Shown here piece after piece: positions 63,810 to 64,000 of a DNA stretch of 64,000 nt (positions within the stretch are counted from its first letter, which is position 1; each line of letters starts with the position of its first letter). Where the stretch lies: NCBI RefSeq assembly GCF_009834535.1, contig NC_045696.1:65412001-65476000 (forward strand), written 5' to 3'. This DNA is from Camelus ferus (taxonomy: Eukaryota). Below the pieces are notes generated by a model. That model searched no databases, was not told where the DNA came from, and saw only the letters and a program-made list of their open reading frames with translations. Made by a program: the position numbers and the translations under genes.

Positions 63810-64000
63810 GAAATTAAACTTGAAACGAAATTAGAAATCACTAACAATAAAATATCTTTTGAACACCAAGTATCTGAAAACTAAATCATGCACTTATGAA
63901 TAAATCATGGGTCAAAACAGAAATCACAAGGAACATTAGAAAACACAACCTATCAAAAAATTGAAATGATAAAAGGAGAAATAAGCCATCTTGAACATCA
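63810..64000 (+). mobile_element. Old LINE-1 ORF2 fragment (end of endonuclease domain)
   Basis: aaattagaaatcactaacaa...tctgaaaactaaatcatgcacttatgaataaatcatgggtcaaaacagaaatcacaagg. Confidence 0.75.

Overview
AT-rich, repeat-dominated mammalian genomic DNA with no recognisable intact protein-coding gene, rRNA, tRNA gene or CRISPR array. The lineage is probably camelid. This is an inference from a Vic-1-like tRNA-derived SINE at 61382-61453, artiodactyl-type L1 3' ends, and no recognisable Alu, Bov-tA/BovB or PRE-1. Most of the window is layered transposon fossils: old and young LINE-1, L2, MIR, MaLR (MLT1) LTRs including one with internal sequence, several ERV solo LTRs, and Tigger/hAT DNA transposons. 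The most informative element is a degraded, env-less class I endogenous retrovirus (~37720-42425). It has readable gag capsid/MHR, RT C-terminal half, RNase H and integrase motifs, a PPT and a 3' LTR, but lacks protease, the catalytic RT half and the 5' LTR. Nearly all listed ORFs are chance, L1-derived or low-complexity. I found no convincing novel biological system. The best leads are the ERV, several small rearrangements visible directly in the sequence, and low-confidence exon-like segments in the unique DNA. Repeat family names come from my recall of consensus sequences, not a database search, and boundaries of old elements are approximate.
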